In this document: positions 1-10,659 of the stretch, piece after piece
Position numbering within the stretch: the stretch's first letter is position 1
Layout: the number at the start of each line of letters is the position of its first letter
The notes under the pieces: generated by a model
What the model saw: only the letters and a program-made list of their open reading frames with translations
What the model was told of the DNA's origin: nothing
Databases searched by the model: none
Assembly (NCBI GenBank): GCA_963749915.1
Contig: CAVVOP010000008.1
Coordinates: 768,001-832,000, forward strand
Reading direction: 5' to 3'
DNA: 64,000 bases
DNA from: an uncultured cyanobacterium
GTDB lineage: Bacteria > Cyanobacteriota > Cyanobacteriia > Cyanobacteriales > Cyanobacteriaceae
Program-made: the position numbers and the translations under genes

Positions 1-1
1 A

Positions 2-172
2 ATCGCATAATTCTTCTAGTTCATACAAATCAATTTCTTGACGGGTACTAAAGTAGATTTTACTGCGTCCGAATATTTCCGGATCAAGGGCAATCCAATC
101 TCTGTCATAGGTTTTGTCAGAGAGGTTATTTTCATTATCTGTTTTCGTAAACAATTTTTGTAACCAAACCAT
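2..172 (-). CDS. ycf52: Ycf52-like GNAT N-acetyltransferase, 5' part (runs off the window edge)
   Basis: Manual translation from ATG at 172: MVWLQKLFTK...SKIYFSTRQEIDLYELEELCD. The IYFST..IDLYELEELCD motif is typical of cyanobacterial/plastid Ycf52. Not in the ORF track. Confidence 0.8.
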   Translation of the reverse strand, partial: MVWLQKLFTKTDNENNLSDKTYDRDWIALDPEIFGRSKIYFSTRQEIDLYELEELCD

Positions 173-380
173 GCCTATATGGCTAACTGATTTACAAGTG
201 GTTTATTTTATGATGTCCCAACGGGTTAGCATAATTGCCTTCCCTTTAAACATTCACAGATGATAACACAATAACGGTTATCAGTAAATTAATCGATCAT
301 CTAATGCTAAAGCCTATAACGACAAACTAACTGATAGAATGATTCTTTGAACATCGACATCTAATTTTTCTCAATAATTA

Positions 381-1298
381 ATGAGTCAATCTAATTCTAT
401 CCTGATCCAAGTACCTGCAACTACGGCTAATTTAGGTTCTGGTTTTGATTGTATTGGTGCTGCTTTAAATCTTTATAATCAATTTGAATTCAGTTTAAGT
501 AATGACAAAACTACTTTGATCGTAGTCGGTGATGGTGCCCATAAAATTAGCTTAAATGACGATAATTTGCTTTATCAATCTTTTTTGTCCTTTTATCAAC
601 ATATCTGTTTAACTCCTCCCACCGTTAACATCAGAATTAGTATCAATATCCCCCTAGCTAGAGGTTTGGGTAGTTCTGCAACGGCTATCGTCGCCGGATT
701 ATTAGCTGCTAATTATTTTTCCCCTCAAAAACTCCCCCAAGAAGATTTAATTAATTTGGCGATCGCCATTGAAGGACATCCGGACAATGTAGTACCAGCG
801 TTTTTAGGTAACTGTATTTTATCCGTAGGAGAAGGCGATAAATGGCATTTTGTGCCGATTACTTGTAACCCAGACGTCAAATTTATTGTAGCAATACCAG
901 ATTTTGAACTATCAACGGAAAGGGCAAGGTCAGTATTACCGAAACAATTAAGTTATCATGACGCTATTTTTAACATTGCCCATTTAGGCTTATTAATTAA
1001 GGGTTTAGAAACGGGAAATCAAGATTGGTTAACCGAAGCCTTAAAAGATAAATTACATCAACCTTACCGTAAAAGTTTAATTACAGGTTATGATTCGATT
1101 TATGAAGTGGTCATTAACGCTAATGGTTACGGCATGGTAATTAGTGGTGCGGGTCCCACTTTATTGGCTTTAAGTTCCAGTTTGTATGCTGATGGACTAA
1201 TTGCAGCGATGACGAATACGTGGCAAAGTTTAGGGGTAAAAGCCGATATTAAATGTTTAGATTTAGCTATTCAAGGGGCGATCCTGGAGGAAAACTAA
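381..1298 (+). CDS. thrB: Homoserine kinase
   Basis: VPATTANLGSGFD, GHMP loop PLARGLGSSA, EGHPDNV, ISGAGPT. Confidence 0.97.
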   Translation: MSQSNSILIQVPATTANLGSGFDCIGAALNLYNQFEFSLSNDKTTLIVVGDGAHKISLNDDNLLYQSFLSFYQHICLTPPTVNIRISINIPLARGLGSSATAIVAGLLAANYFSPQKLPQEDLINLAIAIEGHPDNVVPAFLGNCILSVGEGDKWHFVPITCNPDVKFIVAIPDFELSTERARSVLPKQLSYHDAIFNIAHLGLLIKGLETGNQDWLTEALKDKLHQPYRKSLITGYDSIYEVVINANGYGMVISGAGPTLLALSSSLYADGLIAAMTNTWQSLGVKADIKCLDLAIQGAILEEN

Positions 1299-1317
1299 CA
1301 CACTTTACGGAGGTTTA

Positions 1318-2679
1318 TTACCTAATTTTTAGGCATAATTGCCGAAAATCATCCCCTCGGTGTTCAAAACTACAGTATTGATCAAAACTGGCACAAGCAG
1401 GAGAAAGTAAGACCACTTTTGCAGCTTTTTCCTCCGCTAATTGTGTACCTCTCAAGACGGCTTTCTCCATGTCTTTGACTATTTCATATTGCTGAAAATC
1501 GGATTTTTCTAATCTTTCGGCAAATAAAGAAGCAGCATCCCCAATTAATAAAACACAGACGCATTTTTCTTTTATTTTCTTTATCCACCTCGCATCGTAA
1601 CCTTCTTTGGCTTCCCCTCCAGCGATGAGAATAACAGGAGACTCTACACAGTCTAAACCCACTTCGGCGGCATCATAATTAGTGGCTTTACTATCGTTAA
1701 TATAGGTAACACCCTTAATGGTTTTGATTAACTCCAATCTATGTGGTACCCCCGTAAATAATGATATTGCTTCAACCATCGCACTTTTACTTACTCCGGC
1801 TAATTTGGCGGCAGCGGTGGCCATTAAAAGATTTTGTAAGTTGTGTTTTCCTACCATTTTAAACAGAGAAATAGGTACAATTAATTCCTTAAAAGCCACA
1901 ATCCAACCATCCTCTAAATAGACCCCTTTTTCGATGTCACCCAATAAATGATTCCTTCCTTTAATGCTTGTCCAATAAGTATTTTTCCAGTCTAGTGTTA
2001 AACCTAAATCAGGTAAATAAGCATCATCTCCATTTAAAATTTTGTAATGAGATCTTTGCAATAAACTGGCTTTAATATTACGATAATTTTCTAGGGTTTT
2101 ATGTCTAGCTAAATGATCGGGAGTAAAAGTGGTCCATATCCCGATTTTGGGGGATAATTCCGCCGAAGACTCTATTTGATAACTACTGATTTCTGCTACT
2201 ACCCATTCAGGGGGATTTTCTAGGGCTGATAAGGCTAATTCACAAGCGGCATAACCGATATTTCCACAGGCCGAAGTTTTGATCCCCCCTGCCTTTAACA
2301 TGGCCTCAATGATGGCAGTAGTGGTAGTTTTACCGTTTGTGCCTGTAATACCAATCCAAGGGTAAGACTTCAAATATTGCCATGCTAATTCCATTTCGCC
2401 GATGGTTTTTATGCCCTGTTGTCTTGCCTCTATCAATACCGGTATGTCATAGGGCACACCTGGACTAACAATGATTAAATCTGGCTTATTTTCAGTGTTT
2501 AAGTCTATATTTTGCCCTAATTTAACATTTATATTTTCTATTGACAGATTTTCTCTAATTTTCTTTAAAGATTGAGAGTTTGAACCATCATAGATAGTTA
2601 CCTGATTATTTTTGTGCCGTAAAATTCTGGCGGCGGCGATACCTGATTTTCCCAAACCAATAATATAAACTTTACCCAT
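1318..2679 (-). CDS. murD: UDP-N-acetylmuramoyl-L-alanine--D-glutamate ligase
   Basis: GLGKSG, SPGVP, ITGTNGKTTT, NDSKATN, LSPACASFDQ. Confidence 0.97.
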   Translation of the reverse strand: MGKVYIIGLGKSGIAAARILRHKNNQVTIYDGSNSQSLKKIRENLSIENINVKLGQNIDLNTENKPDLIIVSPGVPYDIPVLIEARQQGIKTIGEMELAWQYLKSYPWIGITGTNGKTTTTAIIEAMLKAGGIKTSACGNIGYAACELALSALENPPEWVVAEISSYQIESSAELSPKIGIWTTFTPDHLARHKTLENYRNIKASLLQRSHYKILNGDDAYLPDLGLTLDWKNTYWTSIKGRNHLLGDIEKGVYLEDGWIVAFKELIVPISLFKMVGKHNLQNLLMATAAAKLAGVSKSAMVEAISLFTGVPHRLELIKTIKGVTYINDSKATNYDAAEVGLDCVESPVILIAGGEAKEGYDARWIKKIKEKCVCVLLIGDAASLFAERLEKSDFQQYEIVKDMEKAVLRGTQLAEEKAAKVVLLSPACASFDQYCSFEHRGDDFRQLCLKIR

Positions 2680-2739
2680 TTATTTGTTTTTAATAATAAT
2701 TAATCCCTTTTTCAAAGATGACTTCTCGATTCGCACTGT

Positions 2740-3291
2740 TTATTTGTATTTTCTTCTATTTTTAAGCCAAGTTTGCCTTGTTTCTTTAAATAACTTTTTC
2801 AGTCTTAAATCTAAGGAAAATCCTCTCTTTGTCTGAGTAATAATCGTACCACTAATGCGATCATGAAATGCTTGATTATATTGATCATCGCTAAAAATAG
2901 TCAATCCATCTAGGATTAAGGGAGTAGCAAATAAAATCATCAAAAGAAAGTCTTGAAAGTTAATCTTTAAGGCAATCATCATTAAAAAACTAGCGATAGC
3001 GATGGTACCTTCTCTTTTCGTCAAACAAATTAGGGAGGGAAGACGATTAAATTGGACATCGATTATTTTTAAATCCATTGCCCAACGTCCTAAACTTTGC
3101 CCTTTATTTTTATCCACCACAATTACCCTAAAAATCAACCAAAGGAACGTAAACACAAGAAATTCTAAGAAAATGTTAGTCACAAGAGAAGATATTAACC
3201 AAACTATCACAAAGTCAATTAAAAAGGCATAAGCACGGCGATCAAAGGGGGCTTTTGGCGATCGGCGAAATAGTATTTCTTCGCTATACAT
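2740..3291 (-). CDS. RDD family membrane protein
   Basis: RRAYAFLID, GQSLGRWAMDLKII and FHDRISGT motifs with transmembrane segments. Confidence 0.85.
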   Translation of the reverse strand: MYSEEILFRRSPKAPFDRRAYAFLIDFVIVWLISSLVTNIFLEFLVFTFLWLIFRVIVVDKNKGQSLGRWAMDLKIIDVQFNRLPSLICLTKREGTIAIASFLMMIALKINFQDFLLMILFATPLILDGLTIFSDDQYNQAFHDRISGTIITQTKRGFSLDLRLKKLFKETRQTWLKNRRKYK

Positions 3292-3481
3292 GGCTAAAAT
3301 TCAGATTTTTTGTTCAGGATCTCGGGATCTAAGTCTATTTGCTAATATAGATTTTATTGTATCGAGAGCAGTCTGTAACCATGCCAAGACTAAAACCTTG
3401 GCAATCTCCGAAAACAAAGTTAACAGACAATGCTAAAACTTGATCTCGAATCTAAATTCTGAGAAATAAGCCTAAAAATTC

Positions 3482-3499
3482 TTAACATAAGTTAACATA
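3482..3499 (+). promoter_or_regulatory. HLR1-like (RpaB) direct repeat upstream of ftsH
   Basis: TTAACATA-AG-TTAACATA: a perfect 8-N2-8 repeat, one mismatch per half to (G/T)TTACA(T/A)(T/A). Confidence 0.5.
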
Positions 3500-3592
3500 G
3501 AATCTAACGATAGTAAAAATAAGTTCAAAACTCGGATTAAGTAAGAGTAATTGATAAAACAACAATAAAACATACTAGGAGGGTATCCACCT

Positions 3593-5440
3593 GTGGGTAA
3601 AAATAATAAAAAGTGGCGCAATGTCGGACTATACGCAATTTTAGCGGTAGTAGTTGTCGCCTTGGGGACGGTTTTTTTAGATCGACCTCAAACTAATCAG
3701 TTAACGTGGAAATATAGTGAATTTATTAATGAAATTCAAGGTGATAAAGTTGAAAGAGTAAATTTAAGTGCTGATCGTAGTCAAGCGATTGCCACTGCCA
3801 GAGACGGACAAAGATTTTTAGTGAATTTACCCAACGATCCTCAATTAATCGATATTTTAGCTGAAAATAAGGTAGATATCTCTGTTTTACCGCAAAATGA
3901 CGAGAGTTTCTGGTTCAGAGCCCTAAGTAGTCTATTTTTCCCCATTTTGCTATTAGTTGGTTTGTTTTTCTTACTCCGTCGTGCTTCCAATGGTCCTGGT
4001 TCTCAAGCCATGAACTTTGGTAAATCAAAAGCCAGAGTACAAATGGAACCTCAAACTCAAGTTACTTTTAGCGATGTAGCTGGGATTGAACAGGCGAAAT
4101 TAGAATTGACGGAAGTTGTTGATTTCCTCAAAAATGGTGAACGCTTTACCGCCATCGGTGCAAAAATTCCTAAAGGTGTCCTATTAGTAGGACCTCCCGG
4201 AACCGGTAAAACCCTCTTAGCTAAGGCCGTAGCAGGAGAAGCAGGTGTTCCTTTCTTCAGCATTTCGGGTTCAGAATTTGTAGAGATGTTTGTGGGGGTT
4301 GGTGCTTCTCGTGTACGGGATTTATTTGAACAAGCTAAACAGAATGCCCCTTGTATCGTATTTATCGATGAAATCGACGCAGTAGGTCGTCAACGGGGTG
4401 CAGGTTTAGGCGGTGGCAACGATGAACGAGAACAGACCTTAAATCAATTATTAACAGAAATGGATGGTTTTGAAGGTAATACTGGCATTATCATTGTCGC
4501 CGCTACTAACCGTCCTGATGTATTAGACGCGGCGTTATTACGTCCCGGTCGTTTTGATCGGCAAGTGGTCGTCGATCGCCCTGATTTCGCTGGTCGTACT
4601 GAAATTCTTAATGTTCATGCCCGTGGGAAAACTTTAGGTGCGGATGTGGAGTTAGAAAAAATTGCTCGTCGTACCCCTGGATTCACCGGTGCTGATTTAT
4701 CTAACCTCCTCAATGAAGCTGCCATTTTGGCCGCCCGTCGTAACCTTACGGAAATTTCTATGGATGAGATTAACGATGCCATCGATCGAATTTTGGCCGG
4801 TCCTGAGAAGAAAAATCGGGTAATGAGCCAAAAACGGAAGGAATTAGTGGCTTATCACGAAGCAGGACACGCTTTAGTCGGTGCCTTGATGCCTGACTAT
4901 GACCCCGTCCAAAAAATCAGTATTATTCCCCGTGGTCGTGCCGGTGGCTTAACATGGTTTACCCCTAGCGAAGATCGCATGGAATCTGGTTTGTATTCCC
5001 GTTCTTACCTACAAAATCAGATGGCTGTGGCTTTAGGTGGACGTATTGCTGAAGAAATCATTTTCGGTGAAGAAGAAGTTACCACTGGTGCATCTAACGA
5101 TTTACAACAAGTCGCCCGAGTCGCCCGTCAAATGATTACCCGTTTCGGTATGAGCGATCGTTTAGGACCTGTAGCATTAGGTCGTCAGAATGGTAATGTA
5201 TTCATGGGACGTGATATTGCATCTGATCGTGATTTTTCTGATTCTACTGCCTCCGCCATTGATGATGAAGTCAAAAAATTAGTGGATCAAGCCTATGAAA
5301 GAGCAAAACAAGTATTAGTCGAAAATCGTACGGTGTTAGACAAATTAGCTAATATGTTAATTGAAAAAGAAACCGTTGATGCTGACGAATTACAAGACAT
5401 TCTTAACAATAGTGAAGTTAAAATGGCGGCTATTGTTTAA
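3593..5440 (+). CDS. ftsH: ATP-dependent zinc metalloprotease FtsH (FtsH3-type)
   Basis: Two TM helices, Walker [20 protein letters not shown] zinc motif. N-terminus KNNKKWRN resembles FtsH3. GTG start with AGGAGG RBS. Confidence 0.97.
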   Translation: MGKNNKKWRNVGLYAILAVVVVALGTVFLDRPQTNQLTWKYSEFINEIQGDKVERVNLSADRSQAIATARDGQRFLVNLPNDPQLIDILAENKVDISVLPQNDESFWFRALSSLFFPILLLVGLFFLLRRASNGPGSQAMNFGKSKARVQMEPQTQVTFSDVAGIEQAKLELTEVVDFLKNGERFTAIGAKIPKGVLLVGPPGTGKTLLAKAVAGEAGVPFFSISGSEFVEMFVGVGASRVRDLFEQAKQNAPCIVFIDEIDAVGRQRGAGLGGGNDEREQTLNQLLTEMDGFEGNTGIIIVAATNRPDVLDAALLRPGRFDRQVVVDRPDFAGRTEILNVHARGKTLGADVELEKIARRTPGFTGADLSNLLNEAAILAARRNLTEISMDEINDAIDRILAGPEKKNRVMSQKRKELVAYHEAGHALVGALMPDYDPVQKISIIPRGRAGGLTWFTPSEDRMESGLYSRSYLQNQMAVALGGRIAEEIIFGEEEVTTGASNDLQQVARVARQMITRFGMSDRLGPVALGRQNGNVFMGRDIASDRDFSDSTASAIDDEVKKLVDQAYERAKQVLVENRTVLDKLANMLIEKETVDADELQDILNNSEVKMAAIV

Positions 5441-5470
5441 GTCGTTAATAATTTAATAATTAATCACGGT

Positions 5471-5492
5471 AGGGGTAAGGTTTCCTTCCCCT
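5471..5492. terminator. Hairpin between the convergent ftsH and TPR genes
   Basis: AGGGG-T-AAGG-TTT-CCTT-CCCCT stem-loop. Confidence 0.5.
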
Positions 5493-5526
5493 TAAGTATT
5501 TGTCCCCTTAAGTCAAAACTATTTTA

Positions 5527-6720
5527 TTAATTTTCAATAGTTTTTATTTCGTTGATTTTGCCTAAAAAATAATCTTCTTTATAGCTAAGATTACGGGCAA
5601 TTTCTAAGGCTTTTTCAAAGGATTGAAGGGCTAAAAAATAATCTTGCTTTTTATTGTAAATTATACCCATAGAATCGTAAGTATTCATTAAGCCATAAAA
5701 ATTATAAGACAGTTGTTCAACTTTAATTAATTCTTGATATATTTGCAAGGCTGAATCTAGTTGTTCATATTCTTGATATAGTATTCCTAATTTTCTTAAA
5801 GCATCTGCAGCCACAGCATATTGTTGTCCTCCCCATGCTATATTGAACGCCTCTTGATATGATTTAGTTGCTTCTTCCGGTTTTTTCAAGGTTTTATAGT
5901 CATCACCGATGGCAATTTTTAATAGCGTTAAAGCCGATAAATTTTGATTTCTGAGATAACTTTCCGCTAATTCTTCTTTATATCTGACTGCAGTTTCTGG
6001 TTGGACAATCGCCCCACTAATTTCAGCTAATTGACGTAAATAAATTCCCTCTGCTAGATAATCTTCCTCTAATCTTGATATATTTAGTAGTTCTTCGTAA
6101 ATGGGTTCAGCACGATAATAGTCAAATTTAGCTAAATGAAATTGCCCTAATTTTTCTAAACTGATTTTTAGTGTTTCACTGTCATTATTTAGTCTAGCCA
6201 ATTCTAAATTTTGTTGATAAATAACAATAGATTTATCTAAATTATGCAATGCCTCATAAGCTTCCATAAATAAAGGTAAAAGCTCTGTATTTATATTGTT
6301 ATTAGTAAATTGTGATTCTAAAATTAATAATCTTTCTGTTAGAAAGTTAATATCTTGATTTCGACTTTTATCCCAGGCAAATTTACTAACTCTGGTAATC
6401 ATTTTTAACTCGGACTGTGCACCTAAAGCTCTACTTAAATTAATGGCCTTATACCATAATCCAAAAGCCAAATCATCATTTCCTGCTGACAATTCCGATT
6501 CGGCCAAAGTATCCAAATCAGTGATTTTGTCTTGGATTCTTCTTTTTTCCAACTTCGTTAAATCACGGTTAATTTTTGGGAGTAATTCATCTTCAAAATT
6601 TACCTTGAGGGGATTAACTTCTTCGGTAGTTTGAGCGATAGTTACCCCAGACTGTAAACCAAAAATTAAGAGTAAGTAAATCAACCAATTACTTAATATT
6701 TTGTGTAAAAGCAATTTCAT
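5527..6720 (-). CDS. Tetratricopeptide repeat protein with N-terminal signal/TM segment
   Basis: Repeated TPR-like helices (LGQFHLAKFDYYRAEPIYEELL; MGIIYNKKQDYFLALQSFEKAL). Confidence 0.85.
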   Translation of the reverse strand: MKLLLHKILSNWLIYLLLIFGLQSGVTIAQTTEEVNPLKVNFEDELLPKINRDLTKLEKRRIQDKITDLDTLAESELSAGNDDLAFGLWYKAINLSRALGAQSELKMITRVSKFAWDKSRNQDINFLTERLLILESQFTNNNINTELLPLFMEAYEALHNLDKSIVIYQQNLELARLNNDSETLKISLEKLGQFHLAKFDYYRAEPIYEELLNISRLEEDYLAEGIYLRQLAEISGAIVQPETAVRYKEELAESYLRNQNLSALTLLKIAIGDDYKTLKKPEEATKSYQEAFNIAWGGQQYAVAADALRKLGILYQEYEQLDSALQIYQELIKVEQLSYNFYGLMNTYDSMGIIYNKKQDYFLALQSFEKALEIARNLSYKEDYFLGKINEIKTIEN

Positions 6721-6760
6721 ATTGTTATAAAATGATGAAGAATGTTAACTAAAACTCAGG

Positions 6761-8731
6761 TTATTTAATAAACCAAGAAGATTTTTTCTGCAAACGATTA
6801 CACCAATACTCTAGGGATGGATCATCTTCATCACCTATTTCCTTCCAGATTCCTAACCAAGAATTAGCAGTTTCAGGAGTTTTTTTCTTCATAGCCAACT
6901 TTATTTGTATTTCACAGAACTTACTAAATTCCATATAGTTAAACTGTTTTCTATATAGCAGTGGTTGAAGTAAATTTTCCGCCTCTGATATTTCGTTATT
7001 TTCTAGATGATGTTGTGCCAGTGCAATTGTAGCAAAAGCATAATCAGGATGTTCTTCATGAATTTTTCTTACTAATTCATTTGCATCTCCCCCTCTGCCT
7101 TGCAACATATAAGCACCGGCTAAATTAAATTTTAGATCTGGAGCTGAAGGTTCTAATTTTAAGGCCTGAAGCAAAATAGATTCAGCTTTTTCCCCGTGTC
7201 CTTGTTTGAGAGTTGCCACCGCATCTTGTCCCAGCTGACGAACTTTTTTTGAGTGAGGAATAGTGGGATTGTCATTGATCTCTATACCCATTAGCAAAAT
7301 CTCTTCCTGCTTTCCTTTTATCCATATTTTTACTGGCCCCGATGGGATTAGTCCTTCTTTATTGATTGCCTGAATTGCTTCAAAACGTTGTTGATCCGTT
7401 CCTTCTTGACTAAAGGCAAATTCTTTTAAGGCTGAGAGTAGCTCTGGGGTTTTCGTTGCAGTGCAAATATGCAAGGCAAATTCTCTGGCTAGAGGACTAC
7501 CACGTTTTAAAAGGATTGGAATTAAGGAGACAATTTGAGGATAGTTTTTCATTATCTTATTAATGATTGATTTTCCTTTGTTGTTGTTCTCTGAATCACT
7601 GACCACCATTTGCTTCAGATCTTTTATCAGGGTTGAAGGAAGCCAATCTTGTAAGTCTAAAGCCCAAGGGGTATTTCTTTTCCCCACGGGCAATTTGATA
7701 TTTTCCAAGTTTTCCCTGGCACACTCAAAATCTGGAGATATTTTGAGTGATTGTTCCCATAATTTACGGGCTTTCGTGTCTTGTCCTAAGTTTCCATGGG
7801 CTACGGCTACATAATGCCAAAATATTCCCATTAAATCTTGGCACATTTCTGATGACTCCGCCTCCTGTCCGAGTTCTATTAAACCCGAGTTATCTCCGTA
7901 GAATGATAGTGCTTCGGCTTTTTTTGACCAATGATCAGGCATTTCACTTTTTAGCTCTTTTAATTGTTTTAATGATTGTTCTGCTAATTCTATTTGTCCT
8001 GATAAAATATATAAACGAATGAGATTTGCCGTTGCGTGAATATTCTGAGGGTCTTGTTCCAATACTTTTTTGCTAAGTGTGATCCCTTCGGTTAAATCTC
8101 CGTTTTGGCAAAGAATTATACTCAGATTATTAAGGGCAGGAGATAGATTCGGTGCTAATTTTAGCAATTTTTCTAATGATTGATGAGCTTGAGTGTGTTG
8201 ACCGGTTTCAAATAAAAACCGACTTTGTTCCAGTAATGCTCCTATTTCTAACCCTTGTTTTTCTTCTAATCCTTGGTCTTTAAGTAATTGAGATACTATA
8301 GTTTGTAATTGAGATATTTTAGAATTTGCTTCTGGTATTCGAGAATGATTAGGGAATTTCTCACAAAACTTGTTAAGGGCTTGAACCGCAAGAACAGGAT
8401 AGACATTTTTCATGCAGATGCCCGCTAAAGTTAAATAAGCGTCAGGGTCATCGGGATTTATGGAAATAAATTGTTCGGCTTTTTTTTGGCAAGTTTTCCA
8501 GTTCTTTATTTGATCTGCAAGGATTAACCAGCATTCGAGAATTTCTGGTTGTAAAGAAAAACGTTGTTCTAATTCTTCTAACTTTTGTTCAGCATTTGAC
8601 CACTGTTGTTTAACAATATATTTAGAAAATTCTTTGAGATAGCTATGGAGAGACTGAGAACTTGAACTAAACCCCCAACCTTTTGTTTTAGTTTTTTTCT
8701 TAACCATTTTGTATACAGATTTATTAGCCAA
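6761..8731 (-). CDS. Tetratricopeptide repeat protein (start may be ATG at 8707)
   Basis: TPR signatures LKLAPNLSPALNNLS, LEQDPQNIHATANL, LKLEPSAPDLKFNLAGAY. Confidence 0.8.
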   Translation of the reverse strand: MANKSVYKMVKKKTKTKGWGFSSSSQSLHSYLKEFSKYIVKQQWSNAEQKLEELEQRFSLQPEILECWLILADQIKNWKTCQKKAEQFISINPDDPDAYLTLAGICMKNVYPVLAVQALNKFCEKFPNHSRIPEANSKISQLQTIVSQLLKDQGLEEKQGLEIGALLEQSRFLFETGQHTQAHQSLEKLLKLAPNLSPALNNLSIILCQNGDLTEGITLSKKVLEQDPQNIHATANLIRLYILSGQIELAEQSLKQLKELKSEMPDHWSKKAEALSFYGDNSGLIELGQEAESSEMCQDLMGIFWHYVAVAHGNLGQDTKARKLWEQSLKISPDFECARENLENIKLPVGKRNTPWALDLQDWLPSTLIKDLKQMVVSDSENNNKGKSIINKIMKNYPQIVSLIPILLKRGSPLAREFALHICTATKTPELLSALKEFAFSQEGTDQQRFEAIQAINKEGLIPSGPVKIWIKGKQEEILLMGIEINDNPTIPHSKKVRQLGQDAVATLKQGHGEKAESILLQALKLEPSAPDLKFNLAGAYMLQGRGGDANELVRKIHEEHPDYAFATIALAQHHLENNEISEAENLLQPLLYRKQFNYMEFSKFCEIQIKLAMKKKTPETANSWLGIWKEIGDEDDPSLEYWCNRLQKKSSWFIK

Positions 8732-8891
8732 ATTGATAAATATTTTCTCTTATTTTCGCCAATTCGATCTCTCATATCAAATCCGGCTGAACAACCTCAC
8801 TAAAAATAAGATTGAAGCCTTGTATTTACTACATCGCATATATGTACAATTTAGCGGATTTGATATCACCTCGTCTTTCCCTTTCAAGATT

Positions 8892-9680
8892 TTATCTAAT
8901 TTGTGTCATGCCCATAATTTCATATCCCCCATCGACGTAAATAATTTGTCCCGTAATACCACTGGATAAGTCGCTACAGAGAAAGGCGGCAGTGTTGCCT
9001 ACTTCTGTTTGTGTTACGGTACGGCGTAAAGGTGCAACGGATTCTACATGGTGAATCATGTCTAATATGCCCCCAACGGCAGAAGATGCTAAAGTACGGA
9101 TGGGTCCGGCGGAAATAGCATTTACTCTTATATTTTGACTACCTAATTCGGCGGCGAGGTAACGCACACTCATTTCTAGGGCGGATTTAGCAATTCCCAT
9201 GATGTTGTAGTTAGGAATAACTTTGACTCCTCCCAGATAGCTTAAGGTTAACACACTACCACCCGATCGCAACATGGGTTTAGCGGCCTGTACTAGACGG
9301 GTGAGAGAATAGGCACTAATGTCAAGGGCAGTTTTAAAACCTTCACGGGAAACATTACTAAAATCCCCTGTTAAATCATCTTTTTGGGCAAAGGCTAAAC
9401 AGTGAATTAAAATATCAATGTGACCCCATTTTTCTTTAATTTGGTCAAAGGTTTCGTTAATTTGGGCATCATCTTGGACATTACAAGGCAAAAAAAGACT
9501 CGGTTTTAAAGGTTCAACTAATTCCCTGACTTTCTTCTCAAATCTCCCTTTATCATCGGGGAGGTAAGTAACTCCAATATTTGCTCCTGCCTGATGTAGT
9601 TGTTGGGCGATACCCCAAGCGATCGATCGATTATTGGCAATCCCTGTTACAAGGGCGTTTTTTCCGCTTAAATCTAACAT
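8892..9680 (-). CDS. fabI: Enoyl-ACP reductase FabI
   Basis: GIANNRSIAWGIA, YNIMGIAKSALE, NAISAGPIRTLA. Confidence 0.97.
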   Translation of the reverse strand: MLDLSGKNALVTGIANNRSIAWGIAQQLHQAGANIGVTYLPDDKGRFEKKVRELVEPLKPSLFLPCNVQDDAQINETFDQIKEKWGHIDILIHCLAFAQKDDLTGDFSNVSREGFKTALDISAYSLTRLVQAAKPMLRSGGSVLTLSYLGGVKVIPNYNIMGIAKSALEMSVRYLAAELGSQNIRVNAISAGPIRTLASSAVGGILDMIHHVESVAPLRRTVTQTEVGNTAAFLCSDLSSGITGQIIYVDGGYEIMGMTQIR

Positions 9681-9750
9681 ATTCTTGATTTTTTGTCTAA
9701 ATTTTTGTAATATATAACAATAATTCGCTAAACTGGTTAAGTTATAGATA

Positions 9751-9764
9751 GTTATCTAGTTTAC
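9751..9764 (+). promoter_or_regulatory. Possible NtcA site upstream of ntcA (autoregulation)
   Basis: GTT-ATCTAGTT-TAC, one mismatch to GTA-N8-TAC. No canonically spaced -10 box found. Confidence 0.35.
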
Positions 9765-9836
9765 AATTACTTATTTTCTTATAGAAAGTGTCGTTTATAG
9801 GATCGATCATTAAATATTATTCTGTAACTATCCCCA

Positions 9837-10514
9837 ATGCAACCAGTATCAAATCAAGAACAACCTTTAGCTTCCGTATTCCGCCAAATTGGTGCCGGAA
9901 TTTATACCCCTGTGGTGGAAAGATTTGAGCGCGGTAAAACCATCTTTTTTCCCGGTGATCCCGCCGAGAGGGTCTATTTTTTAATCAAGGGTGCTGTAAA
10001 ATTGTCACGAGTTTATGAAGCAGGGGAAGAAATTACTGTAGCTTTACTACGAGAGAATAGTATTTTTGGCGTACTATCTTTAATTACTGGACAAAAATCT
10101 GATCGCTTTTATCATGCCGTAGCTTTTACCCCTGTAGAATTATTATCAGCGCCGATTGAGCATTTTCAAAGATCTTTAAAAGATAATCCTGAGTTATCCC
10201 GTTTAATGTTACAAGGGCTATCTTCTCGGATTTTACAAACGGAATTGATGATTGAAACCCTAGCACATCGTGATATGGCTTCTCGTTTAGTGAGTTTCTT
10301 ATTAATTCTTTGTCGAGATTTTGGTGTCCCCAGTCTCAATGGTGTAACCATTGATCTTAGATTGTCACATCAGGCGATTGCTGAGGCCATCGGTTCAACC
10401 CGTGTGACAGTTACCAGACTATTGGGGGAATTAAGACAAGAGGAGATGATTTCCATTACCAAGAAGAAAATAACCGTGCATAATCCCGTGGCACTAAGTC
10501 AGCAATTTGCATAA
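9837..10514 (+). CDS. ntcA: Global nitrogen regulator NtcA (CRP family)
   Basis: [35 protein letters not shown]; fabI-ntcA-DUF3084 synteny. Confidence 0.98.
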   Translation: MQPVSNQEQPLASVFRQIGAGIYTPVVERFERGKTIFFPGDPAERVYFLIKGAVKLSRVYEAGEEITVALLRENSIFGVLSLITGQKSDRFYHAVAFTPVELLSAPIEHFQRSLKDNPELSRLMLQGLSSRILQTELMIETLAHRDMASRLVSFLLILCRDFGVPSLNGVTIDLRLSHQAIAEAIGSTRVTVTRLLGELRQEEMISITKKKITVHNPVALSQQFA

Positions 10515-10659
10515 CTATTGATAATTAATAATTGTTACTTATTACTTCTCATTCTCCTCTATCCCTTGTCTTTAATTCTCTAAACTAGGGTTAAACTATA
10601 ACTTATAGTGATGTGATGGTGTGAATAAATTTTGTGAGGAGTGAATAACTCTATTTTAT

